64,000 bases of DNA, from the NCBI GenBank assembly GCA_004022145.1, contig RCNU01000001.1. One strand, written 5' to 3'. Below are positions 38,602-51,719 of this stretch, piece after piece (the stretch's first letter is position 1; each line of letters starts with the position of its first letter). Under the pieces are notes generated by a model. It saw nothing but the letters and a program-made list of their open reading frames with translations, made no database searches and had not been told where the DNA came from. The DNA is from Paecilomyces variotii (Eukaryota). A program made the position numbers and the translations under genes.

Positions 38602-41200
38602 ATGGCTACCCTCAATCTCTCCACGAACGGGCCGACGATATCCAGAAGCTACCAATCAGTCGTGAATGCCCCGGCTCCCAGTGGCCCTGCTGCTTCCTCT
38701 CCTACCTACGCCCAATGGGCGGTATTCTCAGTATCGGCTCCTCTGGCGAACGCCTTCCAGGATGTCGGCAATAAGGAAAGTGTCCTGAAGGTTCAGAGCA
38801 CAGGAGGTCAGTGACAGACGTCTTCGACCGGCTTCTCCGCCAGACCAAGGCTAACACACACACACACGTACAGAGGGCGAATTGATAGACCTGATCGACG
38901 AACTCTCGGAAGGACGAATACAGTTCGCCTATGTCAAGGTCAGAGACCCGAACACCGGTCTCCCCAAGAATGTCCTCATCGCCTGGTGCGGTCAAGGTGT
39001 TCCGGAAAGGACAAAGGGTTACTTTACCAGCCATCTGGCTGCCGTCTCGAAGTTTCTGCATGTTAGTTCTCCTTTCGTTCTCTCCGACGGAGGAAGCAAC
39101 CAACGACTAATTGATATCGGCCGGTTAGGGATACCATGTCCAGATCACCGCTCGCGCGGAGGGCGATTTGACCCCCGAAGGCATCATCCAGAAAGTTGCG
39201 GACTCCTCTGGTGCCAAGTACTCTGCTGGCGAGGCCCCTGCTCCACCCCCCGTCAGTGCTGCTTCAAAGCCCCCGGTGGCCACCAAGCCAGTCTTCACGC
39301 CTGTGCGGACTGGAGCCCTTGGATCAGGCACTGCGAGCCTTCCTCGCCGAACAGTACCCCGCAGGGAAGAGAATGTCGATGATGATGGGTGGGGTGCTGA
39401 TGCGCCTCCGGTGACTAGAACGCAGCTGGAGAAGGTCCAGCCAGCGTACAAGCCTACGAAAGTGAACATACAAGAACTGACCTCTCAAAAAACGGCCACT
39501 ACCTCATCCACCCCGGTCGACGACGCAGGCCGGAGTGATGTCGTTAAGGGAGGCTACCAGCCCATTGGCAAGGTAGACATCGCTGCTATCAGGAGACAGG
39601 CCCAGGAGTCTGGACAGTTGCAGGATGACCGTCCAGCGCCGGTCAAAGGCACATATGAACCGGTCGGAAAAGTTGACATCGCTGCTATCCGTGCACGAGC
39701 CAGGCAGCCCGACGAGACACCCTCATCGATCTCTCCTGCCGTGACGGGGGAGCCTGCAGATGAAGACCGGCCCAAGACCCTCGCCGAACGGTCCGCGGCC
39801 TTTACACCCTCTGAGCGTCTAACTTCCCTGCCCAAGCCTAAAGTGGAGAACAAGTTCGCTGGAAGCTCGCCCTTCACAGCCACTAAACCTCCAGTTCCTG
39901 GCGGCTTCGTTGCCAAACCCCCTCCTGCTGCTGCGCCCATTGGAGCCGCCAGCAGAACATTTGCTGACCAAGGCGGAAAGACGCCCGCTCAGCTGTGGGC
40001 GGAGAGGAAGGCGAGGGAACGCGGCGAAGCTCCAGCAGTGTCCGATGCGGGCGCCGCGCGACCCGTGAGTCGAGATCAATCAACCGGCGGAGGAGAGTGG
40101 AAGAGTGGATATACTGGCAAGTCGTGGGCTCCCGTCCAAACCACCCACACCGGCAAATCTGCCAGCAGTGCTCTTTCTGGCCAGCACACTGGATCTGTAG
40201 CTGGGGAGACCCCTGAGGACACCCCCTCTGGAGGTGTCGGCTCGCTTCGCGATCGGTTTGCCAACGTGGCACCCACTAGTGCTGCCCCCGCCGCTGCTTC
40301 TCCTCCTCCGCTGGATACCAGCAGTAAGCCGAACGCTGGACGTGGGATCCCCATGCCTGGACTTCCATCTGGTCCGGTGCAACCGGAGGAGAACTACGAG
40401 GCGGAAACTCATCAAGTTGCCCCTACTCCGCCGCCACAGCCACGATCTCCTACTCCACCCACTCCCCCTGCAGTGCGTGAGAGTTCTCCTATCCGTGTCG
40501 CCATGCCTGTCGGGCGCGGAGTTGCGGGTGGTCATGAAGAGATCAACTCTCCACCCCCGGCCATGCCCGTTGAGAGCCTTCAGCAGGCTGTGCCTAATGA
40601 GGAGGATCTGGAAGAGCCTGCTCATGATCCCGCCCGTGCGGCGGCTGAGACTACCGCATCACACGTGTCTCAAGGAGGCGGTATTCGAGCCCTTGTGCAG
40701 TACGACTATGAGAAGGCGGAAGACAACGAGATTGATCTGAGGGAAGGAGACTATGTAAGCGAGATTGAAATGGTGGACCAGGATTGGTGGTTGGGCGTCA
40801 ATATCAACGGCGAGCGTGGATTGTTCCCCAGCAACTATGTCGAAGTGGTCGAAGCCGGAGACGAGCAGCAGGCGGCACCTGCAGCCCCAGTACATGAGCC
40901 AGAGCATGAGCCAGAGCCAGAGCCAGAACCGACAGCGCCAGCGGCCCCAGCAGCCGCTGCTGGTGGAAGACCGACTGCGACTGCGCTGTACGATTATGAA
41001 GCTGCGGAAGACAACGAAATCAGCTTTCCTGATGGCGCCAAGATCATCAATATTGTAAGTGCCACGCAGTCTCAATCTATCATCTGGTCACATCGACTAA
41101 CAATTGTTCTCAGGACTTTCCCGATGAGGATTGGTGGTCTGGGGAGTACAATGGAAAGACTGGCTTGTTTCCGGCGAATTACGTCCAGCTGGACGAGTGA
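38602..41200 (+). CDS. ABP1: Actin-binding protein Abp1/drebrin-like (ADF-H domain plus two SH3 domains)
   Basis: ADF-H ([28 protein letters not shown]), two repeated GKVDIAAIR motifs, SH3 domains ([11 protein letters not shown]...[19 protein letters not shown]...GLFPANYV). Three introns. Confidence 0.92.
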
Positions 41201-42255
41201 GCCCGCTTGGACCCCAGGCTTGCGAATGTTGTCGTCAAACGTTTCGATGCTCCTTTCTCCCAACATCAGCTCCCGTGCGAGCACTGAATGCAGTTATACC
41301 GTGCAGTGCCAAGGCTCGAGTCCTAACCAGCTTCCTGGCCGCTAGATTCAGCTCCGGACCTCAAGCCGTGTCTTCCATTCACTGTATACATTGTTATATG
41401 TTGGCTGACGGTTTCTGGTATACCTTGGCTTCCTCCCTTTACATCGATCGTTGCTAGCCCAGTTTGCCTGTATTATTTACACGACTAGTCATCATCCAGG
41501 AGGGTTGGTGGACGCGACATATATCAGTGGCCGCCTTGTTAAATTGAAGATCACCAGTGAATAGAGTCTGATTTGAAGATCCGTAGCTTGTGCCTGCGCC
41601 ATGCCCTGGCGAAATTATTATTATTATTATATTCCTCTGTAGTCTTCTGTACCGTAAAGTACCATATGATAGTCGACGGGGCTTGTGATTGGCCAGCCAA
41701 AGTGAAGCGGCTCTCCACCTCGGCATCTGCCCTCTTGGCCTCTCCGTTTCCCCCTCGAGAGAGAGTCGAGACTGACTTGACTGTCACCAGTTGCATCTAT
41801 TTCAACTATCGCTCCATCTTGATCACCATCTCTATCTATCCTCATCTTGCCTCTGCCCTGCTGCTTCGTAGCCGGGTTAGCATCTTTTTTTTATTGATCT
41901 TTTTTCACGCCTTGAACTACTACAGTTCAGAGCTGCCCCGGGCGCACCTTGTCAGCTCAAAAGTGATACCCTAATCTACCCTGTATCATTTCATCCATGC
42001 TGCCATCCTGCGACTTGCTTGCTTGCTCTCTATTTCTATACATTCCTGTCTAAGCTTGGGTGAACTGCCTTCGTCATTACAGGAGCTCCCCAACGTGCAT
42101 GGGGAAGGATCCGCCTCGAGTTCTCCGTATCTCGTGCGCTCCTTCGCGGTGTTCAGACGCTTCTCCCGCTTGGTCTTCCCGTCCACACTCTTGTCCTCGT
42201 CTTCGAGGCAGCCCATACTGTTGCTTTTTAGTGTTATTGCACTATCTCTGCTGAA

Positions 42256-45200
42256 ATGGAGCATCGGTCACCGGTGTCGGGACCCGGTGCTTGAAAGCTT
42301 CTTTAGTTTTCCTTTCCTTCTATTATACTTTCCCGTTTCCTAATTCTCATATTTTTTTTATTCTGCTCTGCGCACCTGTTCATCCTAGGACAGGTGCCAC
42401 CGGCAGTTATGTCGGACTCTCTCAGGGATCCTGGAAATAGAGGGCCATCTTCTTTTGAACCAGACAAATCTACCGGCATCGAGGATGTCCGGACTCCTAC
42501 ACTCGATTCCAAGGATTACTCCCCTCGGACACAAAATGATCTGGACAGCCGTCAGGCAAATTCGACCGTGGATTTCCAGGATACGCAATCATTGTCTTCT
42601 TCTTCTTCGCCCCCATGGCATAAGGATTCTATTTCTCCAGGAACAGAACTTCAGCGTAAACGGAAACGTTCTCTAACGACTGACAACTTGGCAAAACCAC
42701 TTTTGACGGACCATATGGATGCTGACCACGAGGATCCTACCACTTTACATTCTATGCCGAATGTCAAACGGGCAAAGACCGGGGAAACTGTTGCAATGCC
42801 GGAAAGAAGTTCTATTCCCGTCGACAAATCCAAGTTACCCAAGGAGTTATGGCAGCATATTTTTACTTTCCTTCCTCCGGCCACACTTGGTGTCCTATTG
42901 CGTGTCAATAAAGCCTTCAATTCTTACCTCACTTGCAGTGAGACGGATTTCTCCAGCACTCCTCGCTCTACTGGTTTATTAAGATTCCAAACTCAGGATT
43001 CCATCTGGTCCATTTCCCGTAAAACCTTCGTCCCAGGCATGCCACGGCCATTGATAGACAAGACTGAGCTTGAAATGTGGCGTTTGACCCGTGGACTCTC
43101 CTGCCAGTTCTGTGGAAAGTCCAGGATACCGACTCGACCTGAGTCGTCACCCTGGGAGTCCGGTCCAGGTCCCGATGGTGTCCGTATCATATGGCCTTTT
43201 GGGATCCGGTCGTGTGGAGACTGCTTCTCTGCGAGAACCGAAAAGGTTCGTTCCGTTAAATCGAGGACCTGTCTGCTTTATTAGTGACTGACGCTGCCAT
43301 TCCTAGGAGCTAGATGTGATGCTCTCATCACTCCCAACGTTCTTGATTCCTGCGCTTCCGTTCGCCTTGGTTACCTCCACATTGCATTTTGTTCCATCCG
43401 TCACTCTCCGTTCAACACCCGTTCCACCGTCTGCTGCCATCACAAAGTATTATTTCAAGCCTCATATCGATAGCCTGAAGCTCAAGTTCGAGGATGTCAA
43501 AAGCCTTGGGCCGGCCGTGGTCGAGGAATGGATCAAGGGCCTTGACAGTAAAGGCAAGGAGCACCTGGCTGACTCTTCACGGTGGGAACAATGGGAAGCC
43601 AACGGTGGTTTGCGCGCAGTCCAGGAAGGCGGATCTCTCATAGGATCAAGGCGTCCACGCACCACTTCTCCCGCCAAATTTGATAATACTGTCCCGTCTT
43701 CCGCAGAGCCAAGGCAGACTGGTTTGTCTAATGGAAAATGGACCTCCAGCGAGCGAAGCCCTGCCGCTTCTGCGGCCAGGTATGGTACGTATCAAGACTG
43801 CTTTTCTTCGTCCGATATATCGACTATGATCACCATATTTTTGGTCTCTAATGTTCTTGAATTCGTCCGCTGAAAATTACCCCGCAGGTTTAATACTACC
43901 ACCTCGGCCTTTTAGTCCGCAGGTCCAACCGGGTCACCATTTCCAGCCACGCATGGAACGAAATCTGCGCGATATAAACGAAGCAAAGGCTGCGCGTCGG
44001 GCTGAAATCGAGCGTCGGTGTGCTGAAATGGATCCTCCTCTCACCCCGTCTGTTTTAAGTCATATGGAATCTTTCCTAGCTGCTATACAAATTCCCCATC
44101 CCTTCACAGATCGAGATTGGGAGATCCTAAAGCCCCGATTGATGACGCAGAGAGAGGCTGCTGAGCGAAAAGAAGAGCAGCGCCTGAGGCAGTCCCAACT
44201 CCTGCAGGCACGATCCGAAGAACGTCGACAGCAGGAGGCCCACTTGAAGGAAGCCAAGGAGATGCTCGACCGTGAATGGGAAGATGTCCAAAGACCTATT
44301 CGGGACCGAATGGCCATGTATGCTGACGAGATAATCAATGAAGGTTGGCGTGGTGGTAGCGCTGTTACTAAAGAGAAAAGCCCGAAATTTGCCGCGGATG
44401 TGTTGATGTATGTTCGCAATAAGTTCTACGGTCACATTGAGGAAGAGGATGCCATTGCCCGCGCCTCAGGGAAGCCTGTTGAGCTTGATCCACCCAACGC
44501 ACCCCCTCGTCGCAAGCTGATCCTGGAGAACATGAAGTGGATATTTGATACTAAGGTCAAACCTTTCACGGAGCAGTTCCAGAAGGAGTTGTTTATCTGC
44601 AATGGATGTGAGAACAACTCTAAATTTTACGGGTTCGAAGGCGTCATACAGCACTACGCTGCCAAGCATACAAATTCTCTCAGCCTAGGCAGTGTTGTTG
44701 TGCACTGGCGGTCAGAATGGCCCGAGAAGCCTCCCTTTCATCCAAACCCGAGTGCTGCCAAGGCTCTTTTCATGGCGATGGGCCAGAATTCCGGATTTCC
44801 AGGACACCAAAAGCCATCCGGGATGTTCGTGCCTGGCACCGATCAAGGTCATCCTATACACCCTGATACCCCCTCCATCTATCCACATCAGTCCCCAGGC
44901 CCGTACGGTCCTCATCCATATACTCCATATCCTTACGCCCATGGACCGTTCAGACCACCGTCCCCCAACATCAGTCACTATTATCCTGGTTCACCGCCAG
45001 CGTATGGATACCCTGCTCCCCAGACAGGATTTCCTGCTGGTGCTCCTTATGAACAACCTGTGCCGCCACCCACAGTATATGGTTCTCCATATATCAGACA
45101 CGCCTATCCTGTTTATCAGAGGCCCGATCATCACGTCGCGCCTTATGCGACACAGCCGTATGGACCGCCGCCACAATATGTGCCGCCCTATCAGAACAGT

Positions 45201-47435
45201 TCCAGGCCGCCGAAGCGTAACGGCCAGTTCCATCATTACAACTCACCAGCTCACTCGTTCGGGCCTTATCAGGATCAAGCTGATGAAATGGCAAGAACCG
45301 CACGTGAAGTATGGAACAGGACCTCCGGGATCAAGGACCTCCCAAATAGTGTTCGGGCGCATGTTCTGATGTACCATGTCATCACCGCGTTCAGAGAGCA
45401 GTTTCAGGGAGATCCGCCGGTGGCGCTCTTTGCTGATTGCTTAAACAATCACCCACAGATGAGACCCATCCGAAATCTGGGCGGTCTAGCATGTAGAGCT
45501 TGCATTCGAGGAGAGGTCTCTGGTGGATTCCAGCAGCCCGAAGCCGGAAATGATGCGAGACTCTATACACTGCCGGCATTGGTTAGTCACTTTCAATCTT
45601 CCCACGGAGAAGCCGTGAAGCCTAGCATTATCCCGCAAACTGGGGTTGAGGTATTGAGACCGGACTGGAAGTATGATATGATCGAACTTCCAGACGCATC
45701 AGCAGTCGCCTTGCTTCTCCAAGCTCCCGGTGTGGATGGGGCGAAACTTCAGCTTGTTGCCGATGCTTTCCCGGGCGTCTTTTCAAAACGTCCTGCGTCG
45801 AGGGAAATAGTCCATGCAAGATATCAGGCTCCTTCGCCACGTGCGAAAGCACATACAGATGCTCGAGAGGCAAAGCGACACTGCCGTGGTCTCTCCGTTT
45901 CTACGTATGACAATCTGGTGGCTGATTCAGAAGAGCGACGACGAGAGGTATCTTCGAATCTGTCAAGCCCTAGGCGGCGTGACTTGGAATTAGTGGTAAG
46001 CCGCGTACAAAGGGGTATTGAGTCCCCCATCAGAGACTCTGCCAGGCCGTCCAGACCATCGCGGGATGATGAGTACTATCCGCGCCGGCCATCATCCATC
46101 GAGCCAAGCCGATTCCCTTATGAGAGCATGGGTAACAGGCCACCTGCTTCACCGCTTCACCGACAAGTAATCATGCATGGGCCATCTCACGGATATTCCT
46201 CTTCCAGGGACTACGATGATAAATCTTCACGCGGGACTCCTGCTAGTAGAAACCAGGACATGGAAGAGCCGGACAGGAATGACCTTCGATCCCATACGTC
46301 GACGGTTGACCGCTCCAGACATATCTTGGCAGATGCGACAAGTCCGCGGCTTTCCAGGCATCGGGAGCATTCTGCTAAGCTAGAGTATCGAAACCTGGAC
46401 AGCGAAGTACTGGCTCCTGCACATCGTCAAGGATCCGTCAGGGCCCGTACTCCAGGGAAGGATCCCGAGGATGAAAAGATCGTTGACAAGCTTAAAGCCG
46501 AGAAAGGACCGATAGACGAGGTCGCTTCCACTGGAAGGTTGAGCGCGGCCGAACGTTTCTTGGAGAGTTTCTTTCCTGAGCAAGAAGCAGATACATATCA
46601 ACCGGACGATTCTGAAGCCCAACCTAGGATTGAGACATCCCCTGGACCGCAATGGCGGCAAGCAGAAATGGAGCCGCGGCAGTATCGTTATGGCCCATCA
46701 GCTGACAGACCAGGCGAAAAGAATCCGCGAGGTGTCCGTGGCCGCAACGCTGCCTCTAGCGGTTGGCCGAGGAGAAAAAGAAGTCCTCCTGCAGGTTCCT
46801 ATGACTACGAGGCACGATATGATTCCCGCAGCAGTAGGGGCCCGCCGCCGAGGTTCTATAACGGAAGATCCCCTGATCAGGCGGATTCTCGACAAGGAAG
46901 GAGGACTGCTAGCCACCAAGAGTCCAAACGGCCGCACAGTCGATTCGACCGCTATGAAGCTCAACGACAAGGGTCACTACGACCACGATCAAAGTCCCCT
47001 GGCGTCCGAGACCGAGTCCCTGCAGAAGTCTCTTATTATGACGAAGGCAGGCCTCAAGTCCAGTCTCGCGATGTATATCAGGGGCACACTCCCGATGCGT
47101 ACTATGAACGCAGTCGCGTTGAAGAGCTAGCATATACAACCGCCCAACGAGGGCGTTATCACTATATTGAAGAACCAAGAAGCGTGGAAACACAATACGA
47201 CAACCCTGTCGAGTACGTGCCCGTGCGTGTGGCCGCTCGAGAGCCTGGAGATTCCGGGACGTATTTCGTTGAACGAACGGCGCAGGCGAGCATCCCCAAA
47301 GACTACACCAGCTATGATATAGAGGCCTCCCGTCAGCCAGTATGCGACGGCCAGGTCCAGTCATATCACTCTCTTGCGCAGTCGCACGTCCTCGGTGAGC
47401 GCAATGCCGTTCGGCTGGATGGGAGTCTCCGATAG
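42256..47435 (+). CDS. Large F-box-like domain protein with Cys/His motifs and low-complexity C-terminus
   Basis: LPKELWQHIFTFL...LLRVNKAF F-box-like motif; CQFCG...CGDC and CNGC...HYAAKH motifs. Introns ~43246-43307 and ~43785-43887. Start is either 42256 (via intron 42287-42388) or 42409. Confidence 0.8.
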
Positions 47436-47893
47436 CTTTTGAATGAGCGAAACATTTGTCGTGTATATAGTTTTACGGCTGCTGCTAGAAAAAGGCCAGC
47501 TCAATGTAACTAAGAGGTATACCCTGCCACTGACTTGAGACCATTTCTCAGTTCTCTTTACTGTCCCAGTTACTATACCACCCAGTAGTATTACCATGCA
47601 TCTCTGGTATCTATCAAATTACATGAGGAGTAAGGTAATAGGCGATAACATTCACCTACCGTTCCGTGATGTAACTGTCTACTACTTACATGAACGAATG
47701 ACGCAATTCTCTCTACCCCACCTTGATTATTTATTTATAAGAACCGATCGCTCATCGGCAACAATAGACTATTCAACAATTCTACACTGACCCTCATTCG
47801 TCTCGATTTCCCGCACTATTTCGGACAGTTAAACAACTTACCACCGAACGGTATTAGGTCACATTGATATTCTGCCGTCGTGCTATATCTATC

Positions 47894-48823
47894 ATGGCGC
47901 TCCCTCCGAAGTACGCGGGACAGAAGTTGTTCGCAGCCGCAGCCACGGTGCAGCAGGCTCATCATACGCTTGAATTATGTAGGTTCGAACTAGATGTAGT
48001 TTAATTGAATATTGATGATGGATTCGAGCTAATGCTTGTGGTTGTTTGATTGATTTCATATAGATCTCGATTATGTTTGTCCTGTAAGTATGGTGTTCGC
48101 GTTTCCACCCTACAATAATAACAACTGGATACATACTAAAACCTGGCGCGGCAACTAGTTCTCCGCAAAGCTATTTAACACATTTTACACCTCAGTCAGG
48201 CCCGTCGTTGTGGAGAAATACAAATCTAAGCTCCAGGTAATCTTTCGTCAGCAGATTCAGCCCTGGCATCCATCGTCGACATTGACGCACGAGGCTGCCG
48301 CCGCTGTGTTGAAGGTAGCGCCTGAAAAGTTCTGGGACTTTAGCGCCGCGTTGTTCAAGCACCAAAAGGACTTCTTCGATGAGAATGTCGTGAATGAGAC
48401 AAGGAACAAGACCTATGGGAGATTGGCGAAGATAGCGGGTAGTATTGGAGTGGATGAGAGCGAGGTGCTTAGTTTACTGGTTATCAGTGACAAGCCTGGT
48501 CCAGGAGGCATCTTGAATACTGGCAATGGTGTCACTAATGATATTAAATTCATGACGAAGGTAAATAAGAACATGATGTCTGAGGGAATTGGCAATGTTG
48601 GGTTTATGGCTTATTTAAAATATAGGTGAACCGTGTTGTGGGCGTCCATGTTACTCCTACTGTATTCTTTGATGTGAGTTGGATCGTCGCTGCTGAGTTA
48701 CCATACATGAAGTAAAGTGAATGTTGACTGTGGTTTGAAATATAGGGAGCCGAGGAGAAGGCTATCAGCAGCAGTTTTACAGCCGCTCAGTGGGAAGAAT
48801 GGCTTCTGGAGAACGTGATTTGA
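47894..48823 (+). CDS. DsbA-like thioredoxin-fold protein
   Basis: Spliced LELYLDYVCPFSAK (CxxS), FRQQIQPWHPSS, GVHVTPTVFFDG; several short introns and micro-exons. Confidence 0.85.
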
Positions 48824-48887
48824 GACGTATCGAATCTGGATCCACTGGAGGTCTCCCAGATGAGATTCCCGGAGGCCAGAGTGAAAC

Positions 48888-49116
48888 GTGTCGTCGCATA
48901 AAAATTTGTGTAGGTGATCTGCCATATCGCCCGTTTGCGATAGGTTCCTTCATACCTATCCTAGTTATAGGATAGAACCTAATAAATCACTAGGACCTAG
49001 ATTTTTTTTATATGCTATAGGAGATAACCATGGGATTAATCCCCCCCTAGATCCAGAGTCAAGCCAGAAACCTAACAACGTAGCCAAGTAGTTCAAATCA
49101 TACCGTTGCTTCCGTG
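48888..49116 (+). repeat. Degenerate direct repeat R2, left copy (partner at 50637-50836)
   Basis: Shared colinear blocks: gtgtcg, aggtgat, gtttgc, ataggat.gaacc, atcactagga.ctagat, tatgct, atgggat, aatccc.ccctaga, ttgcttccgtg. Confidence 0.85.
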
Positions 49117-49637
49117 TCCTTTAGGATGCGACACGGTCATGTTGAAGGTCAGTTGGTCCTGTCCTTAGTCATCGTCGTTGTCCTGTCCTGTCGCGTTTCC
49201 CTCGTCGACTATAACTATCGCGCTATTACGGTTGGGAGTTGGCTGTTGGATGTCGGATCGGGTGTCCAATCTCCTGGCTGGGCGAAGGTCAACATGTTTG
49301 GCACCTTGACGTCGGGGATGACAAAGTGTAACTCGTCCTCCTCCACGTTTGTCCCCCCTGCTACTATGTAAAGTCTGGTTCTGACGGCGTAAGCCCACCT
49401 TTCCAGGTTATGAGCCGTAACTCGACGGAGCTCCTCATCGTCGTTAGCCAGTGCGAGTTCTACCATAACGTCCGTGACATCCAACTCCTCCGCCACGTTG
49501 GCCGGGGGCACGATCTGCCCCTGTCTGTCTATGAATTGGTGTGTATAAAGTTTCGGAGCGCCCCTTGTGACGCGGAGGTAGACGTCACTCCCTTCTTTGC
49601 GATGGGCTGGTGTCCTTGGTTTGGGGGGAACACCAGG

Positions 49638-50629
49638 TTACCCCTTTGGATGTCCTGGATCATCCGGGCTGCCTCTAGTGCGGAGGGAATCCAACGGCCA
49701 TTGCCATATATCACTAGCATTTCTGCCAAAAGGTACCTGACCCGAAGGATAAAAATCCCCCCTATAAAGGGTGATTTCCTGTGCCGGGACCCCTAGCGGA
49801 GGAGCTGGGAATATCTCCTATAATTGTATCCGATAAGTGAGCAGCAGAAAAAGAAAGAATAATAGATACTTAAAAGAAATTACTACTGTAATACTCACAA
49901 AACGTTGACAAGTTAAAGAATTCCGTCTCCAAACTGCCAGGAATCCTTCTACGATCGTTCCACTCTGTACTAGAGACCACTTTAGGATGATTACGACATT
50001 TACATCTGACGTTCCGTTTATCCAGATGTCCCTATGACAGATTAACTGTGGATAGGATTCCGAATAACCCGCCTCGAAAACAATAGTCGGATGGCGTGAC
50101 CCCGGGAGACGAAAATAGGCATCTGGTTGCTTAAGTGAGTTCTCATATGGCGGCAAGAAATTTTCAAAAGCTAGTTATTGGGTTTCGAATTAATACCTAT
50201 CTCTCTCTCTCTCTCTCGTCGTATATATAAGATCCGAATTAAGAAAGAAAACTTACTACTATCAGAAGAGAAAATAAACGCGTCAAACTCCTGCAATGTA
50301 AAGAAGCCGCTAGATAGACTCAGTGCGAACTCGCGGACAGCCCAAGCTATATGAGAATTCTGAAACGCAATGGGCGTTTTGATGGACAGAATGCGCGTAA
50401 ATGAGTTATATGAGATGTGGACTGAACGACGTTCGATCTCCCCGTTGCTATCGAGACTTTTCGACAGCAGCAAGCCAATGCTGGGGTCTGAAACATTGTA
50501 CTGGAAATAGCCTGGACCGTTGCTGGTGAGAATCCTTCTCTTTACCTCGTAGAAGAGCTGCTGGGCTGTGTGGGTACTCTCGGAAGGATTGGCTTCGCTG
50601 CGTAGGTAATGTCGCTGGTTCGGAGACAT
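49638..50629 (-). CDS. PD-(D/E)XK / Uma2-like nuclease-fold protein (gene B), paralogue of gene A, 3 exons
   Basis: Introns 50171-50256 and 49818-49898. SLKQPDAY...PTIVFEAGYSESYPQL...VVIILKW...EIFP...GRNASDIWQWPLDSLR; last residues diverge from gene A. Confidence 0.72.
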
Positions 50630-50636
50630 GGTGGTA

Positions 50637-50836
50637 GTGTCGGTGTACAAAAGAAATGCCAGGTGATATGTCGATCATCTGTTTGCAGCAGATCATAAAT
50701 ATAGGATGGAACCAACTAGATCACTAGGATCTAGATATGTTCTTTGTATGCTGAAGAGAAATATGGGATCGAATCCCGCCCTAGACCTAGAAGCAAGCAA
50801 GCAATTCAAGTGTTCAGGTCAGACCTTGCTTCCGTG
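50637..50836 (+). repeat. Degenerate direct repeat R2, right copy (5' leader/promoter of gene B)
   Basis: Aligns by eye to 48888-49116 and begins 8 bp upstream of the gene B ATG. Confidence 0.85.
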
Positions 50837-51719
50837 CCATTCAATATTCGAAAATGGCAGATCAGTAACAATGATAATAGCGCTCAGATAGAACGAAGTA
50901 GCGGTGCAGATAATGCAAGGAATAAAGAAGAGAAGGAGGTATCTATATCCTTTATGGAGGGCGGCAAAATTCCAGGCAGCGACTTCACTAAGCTCTAAGT
51001 TAATGACTCCTCCGTTGGCAGGTGTACATCACATAACTGATGGTATGGTCCAAGCGGGCGCGCCCGTAGAGTTCGGGCCCGTGGAAAGGATATTAAACAA
51101 TGGTAGTGAAGATCTATATATGTGACCACTTAATTGTGACGGCCATAGAACCGGAGATCCAAATAAGGCCTAGTAGGAAGTAGTCTACTAGGCTACTTTG
51201 GGAAGAAGGCGGTCTAAGTCAGAGGGCAGAATATTCCAGGATAACCCAGGATACAAAGGGCGGTAAAGGATGCATAAGTGCCCGCGCCCTTCTGCCGGCA
51301 AAATACCAATGTACCATACTGTATCTTTTGTCTTCATAGTTTTTTATTTCGATTTCTTTTTGATATTTGAATTTTTTTTTGAACTATCTACAGATATTTT
51401 CCTATTTTATATTGATTAAAATTATTTGCTGATTACCGAGTCTGAGAACGTCGTGAGTATCTAGAGTATAAAACTCTAGAGCGCCTCTGACTTGGCAAGG
51501 TGGCTCGAGCACTCGTCCGCCTCGTGAATGCCCACGTTATCAGGAATATAGTGAATTCCGGTGTATTCATGGGTCATCTCGAACTGATCTCAGCGCGAGG
51601 CAAAGTAAGTACTGTCCAGGAATGATCGAAGCAAAGATACACATGATCATGAGGTCGCCGTTTCAACGGGAACAAACCGTCGAGACGACTTGTAAAGTAT
51701 GGGAACAAACTGTAAACAA

